Positions 42,300 to 52,540 of a stretch of 64,000 nt of DNA are shown here, one piece after another. The translations under genes were made by a program, and so were the position numbers. Origin of the DNA: Halobacteriales archaeon QS_1_68_20 (GTDB taxonomy: Archaea > Halobacteriota > Halobacteria > Halobacteriales > PXRE01). Numbering within the stretch: the first letter of the stretch is position 1; each line of letters begins with the position of its first letter. The notes under the pieces were generated by a model. The model saw only the letters and a program-made list of their open reading frames with translations, was not told where the DNA came from and made no database searches. Where the stretch lies: positions 66,559 to 130,558 of the forward strand of contig PXRE01000026.1 of assembly GCA_003021085.1 (NCBI GenBank), given 5' to 3'.

Positions 42300-42725
42300 T
42301 CAGTCACCCGTGGCGGCCACCTCCTCCGCGTCGGTGGGGGTCGATTCGCCCTCGTCGGGGGTCGCCTTCCGGACGGTGAGCGGTTGCCGGGAGACGAGTT
42401 CGCACTCGAACGCCGGGTGCTCGGCGAAGTGACGCACGAGCATGTGTCGTCGGCCGCCCGTGAGTCCGGAGCGGCCGACGTCCTCGGCGGTGAACTCCCC
42501 GGGGAGGCGGTCGAACAACCGCCGGAGGTGCTCGAAGCTCTCGAACACCTTGCGGTGACCCGAGGAGTTCGCCCCCCGGCGGGAGACGACGTACGAACCG
42601 TCCTCGTCGACGACGGGCGGCGTCCGCTCTGCTCACCGTGTGTGTCTCGCCGTCGAGGTGGAACACTACGTCGCGTCCGTCGCTGGTCGCCGTGACCCGG
42701 TCGTCACTGCCGGAGAATTTCTCGA
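42300..42725 (-). pseudogene. Haloarchaeal hypothetical protein frameshifted near 42612
   Basis: VVFHLDGETHTVSRADAAR switches frame to VDEDGSYVVSRRGANSSGHRKVFESF...GGRRHMLVRHFAEHP. Confidence 0.65.
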
Positions 42726-43044
42726 CCAGGAGCGTGGGAACTCCGTGTCATGCGTCCGCATCTCGGTCGGCTTCCTAATTAAAACCTTGTGGTCGTACAG
42801 ACTGGCAGTCCCGTCCCCCGACCGGGGCCGCACCGACGGCCTCGTCGAGGGTCGCTCGCTCCGTCGGTCCAGGGACCGCCAGTGCGCCGGCGCCGTCGGT
42901 ACGACCCAAAACGTAATGTCAGTGGCCCGTCTCTACAGACGATCACGTGACCTTCGACACGACCGCCGTGGACAGTCTGCGACGACCCGGGACCCGTCGG
43001 CCGTCCGGACCGCCGGTGGACGACGGACGCCGCCCCACCGACCG

Positions 43045-43944
43045 ATGAGTTCGCCCGCGGTGGCTGTCGTCGGCATCGGCCGGTGGGGCAAGAACCTCCT
43101 CCGGTGTTTCGACGAACGCACGGGGGTGGTGGCCTGCCACCACACCGGTGACCGGCGAAACGCCGCGTGGGTGGCCGACCGCTACCCGTCGGTCGACGTG
43201 ACGACCGACTACGACGACGTCCTGGACGACCCCCGCGTCGACGCCGTCGTCGTGGCGACCCCGATCGATACTCACGCCGACCTGGCCCGGCGCGCGCTCG
43301 CGGCCGACAAACACGTGTTCGTCGAGAAGCCACTCGCCGGAACCGCCGCGGACGCCGCCGACCTGGTGGCACTGGCCGACCGGCGGGATCGGGTCCTCTT
43401 CGTTGGATACGTCTTCGTCCACAACCCGGCGATACGGGAACTCGAAACCGCCGTGGGCGGCGACTCGATCCGTCACGTCCGCTTCGATTGGGAGAAGTTC
43501 GGACCCTTCGACGAGGGGATCGTCCGGAACCTCGTCTCCCACGACGTCTCGCTGCTCCGGTACCTGTTCGACGCACGGATCGACGGATTCCAGGTCCGCG
43601 AGGCCGAGGGCGTCGACGACCGCACGGACGTCCTCTCCCTCGACGGATCGCTCGGGGACGGGACGGCGTTCTCGATCCACGCGAACCGGATCTCGCGGAT
43701 CGACCGCAAGGCGATCACGGTCCTCACCGACGCGGGCGAGTGCCTGCTGTTCGAGGACGACCGCCTCTTCCGGCTCGGCCCGGAGGAGTACGACCCCGTC
43801 CCGGTGGCCGACGTCGAACCGCTCGGCGCGGAGTGCGAGGCGTTCCTGGAGTGCGTCGAGACGGGGCGGACCTCGGTGACCGACGGCGCGTTCGGACACG
43901 AGGTCGATCAGGTTCTCGACTCGATCGTCGACCGGGTGGCGTGA
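43045..43944 (+). CDS. Gfo/Idh/MocA family oxidoreductase
   Basis: VVGIGRWG, VATP...H, HVFVEKP, HD. Confidence 0.92.
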   Translation: MSSPAVAVVGIGRWGKNLLRCFDERTGVVACHHTGDRRNAAWVADRYPSVDVTTDYDDVLDDPRVDAVVVATPIDTHADLARRALAADKHVFVEKPLAGTAADAADLVALADRRDRVLFVGYVFVHNPAIRELETAVGGDSIRHVRFDWEKFGPFDEGIVRNLVSHDVSLLRYLFDARIDGFQVREAEGVDDRTDVLSLDGSLGDGTAFSIHANRISRIDRKAITVLTDAGECLLFEDDRLFRLGPEEYDPVPVADVEPLGAECEAFLECVETGRTSVTDGAFGHEVDQVLDSIVDRVA

Positions 43945-43945
43945 C

Positions 43946-45037
43946 TCACTCGTCGGCCCGCATCCGCCGGCGGAGTTCGTCGGCGGCCGTCACGGCGCTG
44001 GGAATCTTCCCCGAGAGGACCACGAACGTATTCCCGTCCTGCTCGACGAGCGTCGGGCGGGCGTCGGTCTCCTCGACGTCCGGGAGGACGGTCCGGATCG
44101 TGAACATCGACCCGAGGTGATCGGCGTCGGTCACCCCCGGGAAGAACGTCGACCCGTGGGCGACGAAGGTGTCGAACGCCGTCGGCGCCGGGTCCTCGAT
44201 CACGCCGCGGTTCAGCAAGGGGTCGTACTCGTCGTCGAAGTCCGGTTCTCTGCCCTGCATGCTGTCGTGCACGGCGTGGACGACGTTGTCGAGGAGGAAC
44301 CGATCGGTCCGGCCGTAGGGGTCCACGCACATGAACGGCCCGTCCATGACCACGACGCTGGTCTCCGCGAACGCCGGCGGTAACTCGACGACCGGTTTCT
44401 CGCAGAGTTCGAACCGGTAGGATCGCCGCAGCGACGAGTCCGGCGGCAACACCGAGTTCAGGTGCGCGTAGGTGGCGACGACGACGTAGTCGTGGTCGAG
44501 TGCGGCGACGTCGTCGACCCGGTGGTCGAGGTAGAGGTCGACGTCGGCCCCCGCGAGACGCGACCGGCAGCGTTCCTTCAGGCGGACGGGATCGATCCGG
44601 CGTTCGGGAACCCGTACCGAGAGGTCGATGGGGTCCGGGTCGACGACGGCGGGCGTCTCGTACTCGTACTCCAGGCCGACCTCCTCGCAGAAACTGACGA
44701 ACTCGCTGCCCGTCGTCTTGCTGTCCTCGGCCGCGATGCAGTAGTAGTGGCTCCCCGACCCGACGACCGCCTCGGGGTACTCCTCCTCGAACGCCCGTTC
44801 CGCGTTCCGGCACTGCCTGGCGGTGAGCGTGCTTCGCGGGTAGTGGTAGCCCCGGTGCAGTCGGAACTGGTTGCTCCAGGAGGTGGCCGACAGGACGTCG
44901 TCGGCCTTCTCGTAGAGGTGGACGTCGTATCCCGCTTCGGCCAGCCTGATCGCCGCGGTCGTGCCGAAAATCCCGCCACCGACGACGCCCACCGTCGCCG
45001 CGTCGCCGGACGCCGAAGTGCTTCGATCCATCGTCAT
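43946..45037 (-). CDS. FAD-dependent oxidoreductase
   Basis: VVGGGIFG, NQFRLHRGYHYPRS, MDGPF, SGKI. Confidence 0.88.
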   Translation of the reverse strand: MTMDRSTSASGDAATVGVVGGGIFGTTAAIRLAEAGYDVHLYEKADDVLSATSWSNQFRLHRGYHYPRSTLTARQCRNAERAFEEEYPEAVVGSGSHYYCIAAEDSKTTGSEFVSFCEEVGLEYEYETPAVVDPDPIDLSVRVPERRIDPVRLKERCRSRLAGADVDLYLDHRVDDVAALDHDYVVVATYAHLNSVLPPDSSLRRSYRFELCEKPVVELPPAFAETSVVVMDGPFMCVDPYGRTDRFLLDNVVHAVHDSMQGREPDFDDEYDPLLNRGVIEDPAPTAFDTFVAHGSTFFPGVTDADHLGSMFTIRTVLPDVEETDARPTLVEQDGNTFVVLSGKIPSAVTAADELRRRMRADE

Positions 45038-45205
45038 CCGAGTTGTCCCCTCCGAATACTGACCGAAAGTTAACGGTTTCGACGGCGGATTCGGACCCTA
45101 TCGCCGGGCAGGAACGGAAGTCCCGGCCCGCGACCATTTAAATACTACTGACATGTATCACCGAAACGCGAAGTGATCCAGGTTCGTACCGTGACCGGAG
45201 AACCG

Positions 45206-46162
45206 ATGGGCGATGACGTCACCCACGCCGTCGTGACCGGGGGCGCCGGATTCGTCGGAAGCCATCTCGTCGACGAGCTCCTCGGTTCCGGGTTCCGCGT
45301 AACGGTCGTCGACGACTTCTCGACGGGCGTCCGGCGCAACCTGGACCACCACCGGGCCGACGACCGGTTCGAACTCCACAGCGTCGACCTCAAGCAGGGA
45401 CTCCCGGCGATCGAGGACGCCGACGTCGTCTTCCACCTGGCGTCCAGGGCGTCGCCGGGAGACTTCCGGAGCCACGGTGTGGACATCGCGCTCACGAACA
45501 GCGTCGGGACGAACCGGGTCCTGGATCTCGCCCTCGAGCAGGACGCGACGGTCGTCCTCGCGTCCACGAGCGAAGTGTACGGGGACCCCGAGGTTCACCC
45601 GCAGCCGGAGTCCTACGTCGGCCACGTGAGCGTCCGTGGGGCGCGGTCACCCTACGACATCGGGAAACGGTTCGGCGAGACGCTCGGGATGGCGTACGCC
45701 CGGCAGTTCGACCTCGACGTCCGGACGGTCCGCATCTTCAACACGTACGGCCCACGGATGCGACCCGACGACGGGCGGGTCGTGCCGACGTTCGTCTCCC
45801 AGGCCCTCTCCGGCGATCCGCTGACCGTCCACGGTGACGGGACCCAGACCCGGAGTTTCTGTTACGTCTCGGACCTCGTGACGGGGTTGGTCGAGGTGGC
45901 CCGCGAACCGTCGATGGACGGGGACGTGGTGAACCTCGGCAACGACGAGGAGATCACCATCCTGGCGCTCGCCCGACGCATCCGCGAACTCGTCGACCGA
46001 TCTCCCGAGATCGTCCACGTCGACGGCCGGCCGGACGATCCCACGAAACGCAGACCCGACCTCACCAGGGCCAGGGAACGGCTGGACTGGCAGCCCACGA
46101 CCCCGCTGGACGAGGGGCTCCGACGGACCATCGAGGACCTCAGGGGACGACTGGAAACGTAA
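45206..46162 (+). CDS. NAD-dependent epimerase/dehydratase, UDP-glucuronate decarboxylase-like
   Basis: TGGAGFVGSHL, ASTSEVYGDP, YDIGK, RIFNTYGPRM, GTQTRSFCYV. Confidence 0.92.
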   Translation: MGDDVTHAVVTGGAGFVGSHLVDELLGSGFRVTVVDDFSTGVRRNLDHHRADDRFELHSVDLKQGLPAIEDADVVFHLASRASPGDFRSHGVDIALTNSVGTNRVLDLALEQDATVVLASTSEVYGDPEVHPQPESYVGHVSVRGARSPYDIGKRFGETLGMAYARQFDLDVRTVRIFNTYGPRMRPDDGRVVPTFVSQALSGDPLTVHGDGTQTRSFCYVSDLVTGLVEVAREPSMDGDVVNLGNDEEITILALARRIRELVDRSPEIVHVDGRPDDPTKRRPDLTRARERLDWQPTTPLDEGLRRTIEDLRGRLET

Positions 46163-46177
46163 TCCCGAAGCCACCTT

Positions 46178-46240
46178 GGCTACCGCTTGGTCCCCTCGGC
46201 TACTTCTCTGTCTCCCGGCTACCTTTCTGTCCCCCGGCTC
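46178..46240. repeat. Degenerate 19-20 nt tandem repeat (3 units plus a partial)
   Basis: GGCTACCGCTTGGTCCCCTC / GGCTACTTCTCTGTCTCCC / GGCTACCTTTCTGTCCCCC / GGCTC. Confidence 0.6.
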
Positions 46241-46577
46241 TCGACCGCGGTGGCCGGTCCTGTCGGGGCGGACTACGGTTTCGACGAAGTGGCGTCGCTC
46301 CGCTCCGGGACGTGGAACTGCAGGCACCAACGACGAGCGGTCGCGGGCCACGTCGCTGGAGAGCAAAGCTTAATACTGTTCACTAGAATAAAATGATTTA
46401 CTCTAACCCGAGTTTCGATGTGTGGTCGGTGGAGATCGCACGACGTGGAACGCTTCCACACACTCCACCCACCGAAAGATTTTCAAGTGTTTCGGTCTTA
46501 CCTGTGGTTAAGGAAGACGCGGCTGCGTGACGAGTATTTTCACCGCCGGACCAGCCGTCCTCTCCACGGAGACCCAC

Positions 46578-47433
46578 ATGACAGAAACCAGCATCCAGAC
46601 GACGCAGAACGTAGAGACGCGAGAACAGGAGAGCCAGGAACGTGAGGGTTGCCCGGAGTGTGGTGGCCACGTCGTGAGCGACGCGGAACACGGCGAGACC
46701 GTCTGTGCGGAGTGCGGCCTGGTCGTCGAGGAGGACGAAATCGACCGCGGTCCCGAGTGGCGGGCGTTCGACGCCAGCGAGCGCGACCAGAAGAGCCGGG
46801 TCGGCGCGCCCACCACGAAGATGATGCACGACAAGGGGCTGTCGACCAACATCGGCTGGCAGGACAAGGACGCCTACGGCAACACGCTGTCGTCCAGCCA
46901 GCGCGAGCGCGTCAAGCGCCTGCGCACCTGGAACGAGCGGTTCCGCACGCGCAACTCCAAGGAGCGCAACCTGAAGCAGGCCCTCGGCGAGATCGACCGC
47001 ATGGCCTCCGCGCTCGGCCTGCCGGAGACGGTCAGGGAGACGGCCTCCGTGATCTACCGCCGCGCGCTGGAGGAGGACCTGCTGCCGGGCCGCTCCATCG
47101 AGGGCGTCGCCACGGCGTCGCTGTACGCCGCGGGGCCTGGAGGTCAAGCCCGCCGACCCCGAGAGCTACGTCCCGCGGTTCGCCTCCGAACTCGCCCTCA
47201 GCGAGGAGGCCGCCCGCCGGGCACGGGAACTACTGCGCGTCGCCAAGGAAGGCGGCCGCCACAGCGGCAAGAGTCCCGTCGGCCTCGCCGCCGCGTCCAT
47301 CTACGCCGCCGCGCTACTGGCGAACGAGAAGGTCACCCAGTCGGAGGTCAGCGAGGTGACCGACGTCTCCGAGGTCACCATCCGGAACCGATACCACGAA
47401 CTACTGGAGATGGAAGGAAACCCGACGACGTAG
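46578..47433 (+). pseudogene. tfb: Transcription initiation factor IIB paralog with frameshifting deletion near 47132
   Basis: CPECG...CAECG, GPEWRAF, GRSIEGVATASLYAA, then in another frame GLEVKPADP...GKSPVGLAAA...SEVTIRNRY; stop at 47433. Confidence 0.92.
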
Positions 47434-47485
47434 GCCCGGTCTCCTCTTCGTCACCCCCCGTCCGTCCCTCGTCGTCAGCCCCCGA

Positions 47486-47641
47486 TCAGTCGCCCGACCG
47501 GTCTCTGGTTTGCACCGAGACGTCCTCGGGGACGACGAGTTCCGGCCGGTCGGTCGTCAGGTCGATCTCGATCAGGCCGCTCTGGCCGTCGGTCCTTATC
47601 TGGCGGTCCCATTCGTCGTCGCGGATGAATATCTCTCCCAT
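47486..47641 (-). CDS. Small acidic hypothetical protein (51 aa)
   Basis: Manual translation MGEIFIRDDEWDRQIRTDGQSGLIEIDLTTDRPELVVPEDVSVQTRDRSGD. Confidence 0.5.
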   Translation of the reverse strand: MGEIFIRDDEWDRQIRTDGQSGLIEIDLTTDRPELVVPEDVSVQTRDRSGD

Positions 47642-47782
47642 TGCTCTCCCGCACCGCCGTGTTCCCCCACGACGGGTCCGGTAGACGTCCGTTCTCGCTC
47701 CTGCGATATGAATTTAATTTCATTTGGCGTAACGTTTTCCCGGGAACGTAACGGTCAACTCGGCCGCTCACCACCCAGGGCC

Positions 47783-48289
47783 ATGGAGACGACCCGTCAC
47801 TTCACCGCGACCACGTACGTCGTCCACGACGGCGCGACGGCCCTGCACGAACACGACCGCCTCGGCATCCGGATCCCGCCCGGCGGCCACGTCGAACGCG
47901 ACGAACTCCCCCACGAGGCCGCGAAACGTGAAGTGCGCGAGGAGACCGGCCTGGACCCGTCCCTGGTCGACGACTCCCCCGACGTCACCGGTCCCCAGGG
48001 TCGGTCGCTCCCACGACCCCGGCACGTGATGCTGTACGACATCAACGTCCACGACGACGGCGCGGTCGGCCACCAGCACGTCGACCTGCTGTACTACGCC
48101 CGCGTCGACTCCCGGGAGATCGACCCGGCCGACGACGAACTGGGGCCGGACGCCTGGGACTGGTACACCCCGGCCGACCTGCGGGCCGCCGACCTCGACG
48201 CCGATACCGTCGAACTCGGTCTCGATGCCATCGAGGTCGTGGAGCGGGCAATCGAGGACGGTGACCCACGGGGCGTCGACGGGCAGTGA
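47783..48289 (+). CDS. NUDIX hydrolase
   Basis: Nudix box PGGHVERDELPHEAAKREVREETGL. Confidence 0.93.
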   Translation: METTRHFTATTYVVHDGATALHEHDRLGIRIPPGGHVERDELPHEAAKREVREETGLDPSLVDDSPDVTGPQGRSLPRPRHVMLYDINVHDDGAVGHQHVDLLYYARVDSREIDPADDELGPDAWDWYTPADLRAADLDADTVELGLDAIEVVERAIEDGDPRGVDGQ

Positions 48290-48341
48290 CTCCCGGTGGC
48301 GATCACGCCGACTGACCCGCGGCCTCGGCGACGACGGCCCG

Positions 48342-50112
48342 TCACCACTCGTACTCGACGCCGAGTTCCACGTACGGCGGGTCGGCCCCGCCGGAGCCGT
48401 AGAGGTTCCAGTCGTCCGATAGATCGTACTTGAGGTCGCCGTCCTCGAAGTCGAAGTCGTCCAGGTCGATCGGTGGCGACGGACAGACGTGACCGCCGCC
48501 ACCGATTCCGCCACCGTCGCCGCCACCGATTCCGCCACCGTCGCCGCCACCGTCCGCCGTCCGATCCGTCGCCGGCACCACCGTCCGCCGGATCGCCGTC
48601 CGATTCGCCACCGTCACCACTACCGTCGTCGCTCGACCCGCCGTCGGTCATCAGGGGTTCGTCGGTTCCTGCCGGGGGTTCCAGCGACCAGGATGCGTTG
48701 GTCCGGGAGGGGTACCGGTCGAAGATGTCGTCGGCCGCCAGCGACCTGGCGACGTGGTCGAGCCAGCTCTCGTCGGCGTGTTCGCCCAGGCCGACGACGT
48801 CGAGTTCAATCTCCGGGTCGCCGTCGACGTACTCGCTCTCGGCCGCGAAGGTCCCGTGCAGGCGGACGTACGCTCCTTCCCTGATGCTCCAGTAGTGCAG
48901 GTTCCGGAAGGGAAGGAAGACCCGGACGCGGCGGTCGTTCCAGACGTCGACCAGTTCGAACTTCGATCCGGGTGCGTCGGCGTCGTACCGCAGGTCCTCG
49001 ACGTACCCGCCCGTCGCCACCAGCGCCCCATCGTACGCCTCTGGGGTCTCCAGGAGGTCGTCGAGCGGGACCGACTCGCCGTCCGCGACCTGCGACCGGA
49101 ACCCGGCTTCGCGGGCGACCTCCACCTCGGCCGTAGCCTCCGGGTGACCGGCCCGCTGCCCGGCGACGAACAGGAACCGGTAGCTCGCTGCCAGGAGCAT
49201 CGTCAGTTCCCAGGTGACCTCGTGCAAGTCCGCCTCGACGCGCCCGATCTCCATGACGTCGTCGTCGGCGTGCCACTCGTCGCTCCGTTCGCGGGCCAGT
49301 CGCGCCCGGCGCACGGTTTCGCCGAGTCGGACGAGGTCCCGACGGACCTCGAAGGGGTAGTCGATGCCCTGCCGGGCCCGGCGTTCGACCGAGTCCCAGT
49401 CCGCCGTCGCCACGGCCCCGTAGAGCCCCTGCAGGTGGTCGGTCACCTCTTCGGACAGGCGTTCGACTTCGCGCTCGACGGCTTCGACGGACAGTTCGGG
49501 TCCTCGCTCGGGCTCCGCTCGGTCGACGGCGGCGAAGAAGTCGGCCCTGAACGACTCCTCGTACCCGGCCGCGACGTACCAGATGCCGAGGCCTCGCTGG
49601 GCCGCCAGGACGTCGTTCCAGAGCGTCGCGCCCGTGCTGTCGTCCGGGTCGCCCTCGAACTCGGCAGGCGACCGGGGCCCGGACTCGAGTTCGCGGTCGA
49701 GTCGCTCGGCGTCCGCCACCGTCGCCGCCACCTCCTCACCGAGCTGGGCCCGCACGTGTTCGAGGAGTTCCTCGGCCGTCAGGTCCTCTGGAATCCCGGA
49801 TCGATCACACCGTGCGTCGTCCAACTCGGCGACCGATCCCACGGAGTCGTCGATTTTCTCCTGGGTACGCAGCAGTCTCCGGAGCACCCGGCGCCCGAAG
49901 CAGATCATCTCCCGGCCCCGCCGCCGGTGTTTCTCCCAGCGTCCCCCTTCCCTGGATTCGACGACGGCGTCGGCGTCGGACGTCGCCCGTGAGGTGAGGT
50001 CGTCGAACGAGAACAGGTCCTCGTCCGGATCGAACCGCCCGGTCGGGAGGACGTACTCTTCGGGCGACAGACCCACCCTGTAAACCATCCTGGCCGTTCT
50101 CCGTTCTGCCAT
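48342..50112 (-). CDS. Large orphan protein (helical region, OB-fold-like domain, Gly-rich linker); frameshift near 48555
   Basis: Acidic frame from ATG 50112 turns to RWRRR nonsense at the repeat; the alternative frame continues GGGDGGGIG...DFDFEDGDLKYDL...ELGVEYEW* to 48342. Confidence 0.7.
48495..48554. repeat. 24-nt tandem repeat, 2.5 copies
   Basis: GCCGCCACCGATTCCGCCACCGTC at 48495 and 48519, partial at 48543. Confidence 0.9.
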
Positions 50113-50139
50113 AGCTGGATACCATAACCACGGCTGAAA

Positions 50140-50185
50140 CCAATTCCTTAAAATAAATTTATATGAATTTATGTAATAATTGATG
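50140..50185. promoter_or_regulatory. AT-rich promoter island upstream of the orphan gene
   Basis: TTAAAATAAATTTATATGAATTTATGTAATAATT in a GC-rich background, about 30-70 nt upstream of ATG 50112. Confidence 0.6.
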
Positions 50186-50305
50186 GGATCGTGTCGCTCC
50201 CGTCCCCGCACTCCAGACGGGGCGGGTGAAAGCGGTTCTCCGGGGACGCGCCCGGTGTTATGGTGTTCGTAACGAAGCAGGTGGTGGACGATGATCCGGT
50301 CCGCA

Positions 50306-50530
50306 ATGACAGTCGACGACGCGGAGACGGCGCTCTGTGACAACTGCACGCAACGGGCCGAGGTCGCCTTCACGCTGACCACGAACGTCGACGGTGGCGG
50401 CACCGTCGAGTCGCAGTTCTGTTCCAGCGGGTGCCTCGCGGAGTGGACCGCCGCGACGCCCGGGTCCGACGGCCCCGTCAGGGAGCGCCCTCACCCGCGG
50501 GTGTTCTCCAGGCGCGCGCGGATGTACTGA
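50306..50530 (+). CDS. Small zinc-finger-like protein (CxxC...FCSxxC)
   Basis: LCDNC and FCSSGCLAEW; 3' end overlaps the convergent gene. Confidence 0.65.
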   Translation: MTVDDAETALCDNCTQRAEVAFTLTTNVDGGGTVESQFCSSGCLAEWTAATPGSDGPVRERPHPRVFSRRARMY

Positions 50531-51591
50531 CTCACGTGGTCGTCCATCCGGCGCTTGAACCCGGCCTGGCGGGCCAGGCGGTCGAGTTCCCGCGAGACGT
50601 TGCTCCCGTACTGGACGGCCTTCTTCTCGCGGAACGCCACCCGTGCGGGGACGAGTTCCCGGGCCGCCCGCCGGAGTGCGACCTTGCGCTCCCCGCGGTC
50701 GTCGACCAGCAGGTTCCCGGGGAGCGCGAGCGCCGCCGCGATCACCCGGTCGTCCAGGAGCGGCGCGACCGGTTCGACCCCGGCCGCCCGGACTGCCTGC
50801 ACGTCCCGTTCTAGCTGGTCGGGGAGGGTCGTCACGACTTCCCGGCGGGCGCGCCGGACCGTCTCGGCGTCGACGCGCGGATCCGACGGTGCCTTCGCCA
50901 CCTTCGCGTACCCGCCGAACAGTTCGTCAGCACCCTGACCGACGGCGAGTCGTTCGGCGCCATCCGCGGCCGCCCGCTCCCCGACCAGGAACAGCGGGAG
51001 CGCGATGCTCACGTCCATCGCGTTGGTGCGGCCGATGGCGCGTGCGACCCGCGGGACCGCGTCTTCCACGGTCGACAGCGACAGTTCGACGACGCGGAGG
51101 TCCCTGTCGAGCGCCCGGCCGGCGTCGGTCGCCGCCTCGAGGTCGTGGCTGTCGGGGAACCCGGCGACGTACAGCGGGCCGTCGGTCCCCGCCGCGACGA
51201 CCGAGGAGTCGACGCCACCAGAAAAGGCGACGGCCGCGTCCGGCGCGTCCGACAGCGCCGCCGAAATCGCCTCCCGGACGGCACCAACGGCTTCCTGCTC
51301 GTCCGCGACCGGGTCCGGGTCGGGTAGCGTCCAGACCTGGCGACGCTCGCCGTCCGCGAGCACGATCCCGGCCGGGACGCTCGTCGGGTCCGCCAGGTCC
51401 CGGTGGTCGAAACTCCAGTCAGTGTCGCCGGCCGCGTCCAGGTCGCCGTCGACGAACAGGGGATGGCGACCCAGGACGTCCCGGACGAGGCGGCCGTCTG
51501 GAAGTTCGCCGGCGAAGCCACGGGTCCCCGGGAGCGAATCACGGGTCTCGATGGCGCGGCCCACGAGTTCGGGCGTCGCACCCCCGATCAT
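50491..51591 (-). CDS. Asparagine synthase-related protein
   Basis: RDVLGRHPLF, AFSGGVDSS, GQGADELFGGY, KKAVQYGS. Confidence 0.9.
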   Translation of the reverse strand: MIGGATPELVGRAIETRDSLPGTRGFAGELPDGRLVRDVLGRHPLFVDGDLDAAGDTDWSFDHRDLADPTSVPAGIVLADGERRQVWTLPDPDPVADEQEAVGAVREAISAALSDAPDAAVAFSGGVDSSVVAAGTDGPLYVAGFPDSHDLEAATDAGRALDRDLRVVELSLSTVEDAVPRVARAIGRTNAMDVSIALPLFLVGERAAADGAERLAVGQGADELFGGYAKVAKAPSDPRVDAETVRRARREVVTTLPDQLERDVQAVRAAGVEPVAPLLDDRVIAAALALPGNLLVDDRGERKVALRRAARELVPARVAFREKKAVQYGSNVSRELDRLARQAGFKRRMDDHVSQYIRARLENTRG

Positions 51592-52274
51592 CGCAGTATC
51601 TCGGCCAGCCGGTTCTTGACCCGGCGCTTGGCACCGCCGGCGGCCTGGCGGAAACTGATGATCCAGGGCGTGCGCTTGCCCTCGATCGAGGTGCGGCCCT
51701 CGCGGATCGCCTCGAGGACGGCCCCCAGCGACCGCTCGTCGGCGTCGATGTGGGTGACCGCCTGGCCGACCATCTCCGCGATGTGGGCGTCACTGCCCGC
51801 GGTCATGGGCATCTCATTGTCGCGGGCGAACCGTTCGGCCTGGCGGTTGGCCCGCCCCGTCAGCAGGCGCGAATTGTACACCTCGATGGCGTCCGCCAGC
51901 AAGAGTTTCTCGCGGGCGACGTTGGCGAGGACGCCGCTCCGGGACTCCTGGAACGGGTGCGGGATCACCGCGATGCCGCCGCCCTCGCAGATGCGGTCCA
52001 GCGTCTCCTCGAAGGGCAGGCCGGGCGGGACTTTCTCGGTGACGCCCAGCGCCAGCACGTGGCCGGCCTTGCTCGTGACCTCCATGCCGGGGATGCCGAT
52101 CATTCCCCGGTCCTCACAGAGGTCGGCGGCCTCTAGGCTGGCGTCGATCTCGTCGTGGTCGGTCACCGCGAGACCGTCCAGCCCCACGGCCTCGGCCTGG
52201 TCGACGAGCGCGTCCACGGAGTCGCGGCCGTCGTACGACAGCGCCGAGTGGGCGTGGAGCTCGACCGTTGGCAC
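51588..52274 (-). CDS. PHP-domain phosphoesterase
   Basis: ELHAHS, VTDHD, GMEV, PHPF, GSDAH. Confidence 0.92.
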   Translation of the reverse strand: MPTVELHAHSALSYDGRDSVDALVDQAEAVGLDGLAVTDHDEIDASLEAADLCEDRGMIGIPGMEVTSKAGHVLALGVTEKVPPGLPFEETLDRICEGGGIAVIPHPFQESRSGVLANVAREKLLLADAIEVYNSRLLTGRANRQAERFARDNEMPMTAGSDAHIAEMVGQAVTHIDADERSLGAVLEAIREGRTSIEGKRTPWIISFRQAAGGAKRRVKNRLAEILR

Positions 52275-52540
52275 GCGCTGGCGTTCGCGGCGAGTGACAA
52301 AAAGCGCCTCGGTCTCCGGCGGTCGCTCGCCAGCCGTACGATCCCGTCCCGGACCTTCCGAATGATTTACCTGAAACGTACGCTCGATGCCTCCGGGGCC
52401 ACGATGCGTCGGGTGGATGTCCCGCTACGGCGGCGGGAGGACGTCGAACCGACGTGCCGACCGAAGAGTCCGACCGCCGGTCGGATTGCACGAACGTGCA
52501 TATGGAAAGCCATTTATCCGGACCAAACCGACACGGTGAT

